Shown: positions 18,127 through 20,000 of the stretch, piece after piece
Numbering within the stretch: position 1 is the stretch's first letter
Layout of the letters: every line of letters starts with the position of its first letter
Source: an uncultured virus (IMG/VR IMGVR_UViG_3300020183_004466)
Lineage: Duplodnaviria > Heunggongvirae > Uroviricota > Caudoviricetes
Virus record (IMG/VR): IMGVR_UViG_3300020183_004466
Strand: one strand, 5' to 3'
Length of the DNA stretch: 20,000 nt
Notes under the pieces: generated by a model
What the model was told of the DNA's origin: nothing
Databases searched by the model: none
What the model saw: the letters and a program-made list of their open reading frames with translations, nothing else
Made by a program: the position numbers and the translations under genes

Positions 18127-18735
18127 TTAGTTATTTGTTTGAAATATAGGCTGGGAAGGATTTGCCTGTTGTTGATAGTAGATGTTTACTCTATTTCTAG
18201 CTATATCATCTAATACAGGAACTTGTCCCATTACTACGTCTCCTCTGTTATAAAGATCCCCGATGTGATCCGCTAATTGATCCTCGGTCTTTATATTTGG
18301 TAATTCGTTCTTAGCAAAATCCTCGTTTGTGTGTCTAATAAAATCGACATCAACATTTTCTTCGCTAGGGGCTTTCTTAAACTCATATTTAGTTGGCCCG
18401 AATACTCTTTTTAAAACATTAGGAACAACTGATAGAGCACCAAAAAGAATTTCAAAGCCAGTGTCAGGTCCTCCGTGTGTTCTTGCTGCTCTGTTTTGTC
18501 TTACTTGTTGCTTTCCAATTTGAGCTGCTGTGTTTATTCTATTTTCCATTTTTTGGAAAAAATTACTAACCTTGCTTAATATAGTAGTGTTACCTCCTAG
18601 ACCGTAATGATTTTTAGATCTATCGTCGTATGTAGAGGCATTATTTCCAAGATGTCTTCTAAAAAAAAGATCATCATTAGACTCATTAGACTCATTAATT
18701 CGGCAAAAATCACTAAAGTTCTTAATCCTATTCAT
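18127..18735 (-). CDS. Hypothetical protein with capsid-targeting-like N-terminus
   Basis: 202 aa, MNRIKNFSDFCRINESNES. Confidence 0.85.
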   Translation of the reverse strand: MNRIKNFSDFCRINESNESNDDLFFRRHLGNNASTYDDRSKNHYGLGGNTTILSKVSNFFQKMENRINTAAQIGKQQVRQNRAARTHGGPDTGFEILFGALSVVPNVLKRVFGPTKYEFKKAPSEENVDVDFIRHTNEDFAKNELPNIKTEDQLADHIGDLYNRGDVVMGQVPVLDDIARNRVNIYYQQQANPSQPIFQTNN

Positions 18736-18756
18736 CCAGATTATTTATTTCTACTC

Positions 18757-18764
18757 TATATATC
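18757..18764 (-). promoter_or_regulatory. Candidate late promoter GATATATA
   Basis: 21 nt upstream of ATG 18735, in a 36-nt intergenic gap. Confidence 0.6.
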
Positions 18765-18771
18765 CTATTTC

Positions 18772-20000
18772 CTAAATTTTGATGTTATAGATCTTATAAT
18801 CAAACTGCTCTCTCTTATAAATTTCTATTCTTTCCTTAGAGTGTTTTAGTAAATAGTTCTCTTTTCCCTCCCAGGAAAAGTCATCAACAAAGTCAATTAT
18901 ATTAACTTTTTCTTTCCCCTCGAACAATCTCATCCCTCTTCCCAAACTTTGTTTTATAAGAACCTCCGACTTATATGATTCTGTTAAAAATATATTATGT
19001 ATGTTCTTTACTGATATACCAGTAGACATTGTTCCGAAAGAAGCGACCATTATTTTGTTAGTTCCCTCCTCCATCCTTTTAGTAAAAATATCCCTCTTGT
19101 CTGGATCAGTATCACCATCTATATAGTAAACCTCCCTATCGTTTGATTTTTCTCTTATCCCATCATATATTTTTTTACCATATCCCTCACCTACGGATTG
19201 AAAAAGTATAAGGGAATTTTTTGATGTCTTGAGAACAAAATCTATTATATAATTAAGTCTCTTATCGGATGAAACAACAAGTTTTCTTTCGAGATTAAAT
19301 ATCTCATTGCCCTCCATTTCTGTTTTATTCTCTTTCAATGAGGATAGTTTTTCTTTAACCTCTGAATCCATCCAATCCATCTTTACTATTTTGATGGAAA
19401 CTGGTGTAGCATATTTGTTATCAAATAAAAACTTAGGTGATATCTCCATTATGAGAGGGCCAAGAAATTGCTGAATAGTTAGATACTCAGCAGTATTTTT
19501 GTTTGCTAATGTTCCTGATAATCCGAATCTCCATTTGGAATCCTTACATACTGCTACCACTTTTTTTATAGATGCACTCTGTGCCTGGTGACACTCGTCA
19601 ACAAAAACAGCTTCGACGTCATTAAAAAATTCAGGATCCATTTTTACCAATGATTGATATGTTCCTATCATTAGTCCTCCTGATATTTTCTTTTTATTTG
19701 CACCATGTATTTGTTGAATCTCACAATCTTCCAATTTCTCTAATCCATATTCTTCGAAATCTTCAGCTCCCTGAATAACAAGGTTTGTATTAGGTACTAT
19801 CATAAGAAACTTCTTGACCTTCATTACTTCCTTAAGATAGGACATAACCATAAATGCTATAAGGGTTTTTCCTGAGCTTGTAGCAACCTCAGAAACAGAA
19901 AGTTTAAATTTTATAATCTTCCATGCTGTTTCTATCTGGTAGTCTCTTGGCATTTTTTCAGGATCTCCACCTACACCACCTTTAAAAAATTCATTGATCC
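18772..20000 (-). CDS. uvsW: SF2 DNA helicase, T4 UvsW-like (5'-partial; the frame stays open to the window edge)
   Basis: Q-motif PRDYQ, ATSSGKT, DECH, GLSGT, STGISVKN, QSLGRGMR, IIDFVDD. The frame upstream of 19953 is open (INEFFKGGVGGDPEK). Confidence 0.9.
   Translation of the reverse strand, partial: INEFFKGGVGGDPEKMPRDYQIETAWKIIKFKLSVSEVATSSGKTLIAFMVMSYLKEVMKVKKFLMIVPNTNLVIQGAEDFEEYGLEKLEDCEIQQIHGANKKKISGGLMIGTYQSLVKMDPEFFNDVEAVFVDECHQAQSASIKKVVAVCKDSKWRFGLSGTLANKNTAEYLTIQQFLGPLIMEISPKFLFDNKYATPVSIKIVKMDWMDSEVKEKLSSLKENKTEMEGNEIFNLERKLVVSSDKRLNYIIDFVLKTSKNSLILFQSVGEGYGKKIYDGIREKSNDREVYYIDGDTDPDKRDIFTKRMEEGTNKIMVASFGTMSTGISVKNIHNIFLTESYKSEVLIKQSLGRGMRLFEGKEKVNIIDFVDDFSWEGKENYLLKHSKERIEIYKREQFDYKIYNIKI

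Overview
AT-rich, gene-dense segment, almost entirely on the minus strand. It is best read as part of a large T4-related (jumbo) bacteriophage genome. A Bacteroidota host is inferred from Bacteroidota-type NrdA/NrdB, Hc1-like and DUF4494-like genes, and A-rich start regions without a Shine-Dalgarno sequence. Replication and nucleotide genes: class Ia RNR (nrdB and nrdA, separated by a collagen-like fibre cassette), a dimeric dUTPase, the N-terminal half of a split family B DNA polymerase, a stand-alone MBD4-like DNA glycosylase and a UvsW-like helicase. There is also a metallopeptidase/vWA/MoxR-type AAA+ trio in which the usually fused peptidase-vWA protein is split, next to a ligase-like/HxGH nucleotidyltransferase fusion with degenerate catalytic motifs. 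Main patterns read from the sequence: (i) about a dozen unrelated proteins share a short motif resembling the T4 capsid-targeting sequence; (ii) all 10 RATATATA octamer sites found lie upstream of a gene start (candidate late promoter); (iii) a TGAAAC-N18-TAAAA motif precedes nrdA, polB and the Hc1 operon (candidate early/middle promoter). Together these suggest a head-packaged, injected protein set that includes the AAA+/peptidase module. Family calls come from motif recognition, not database searches.
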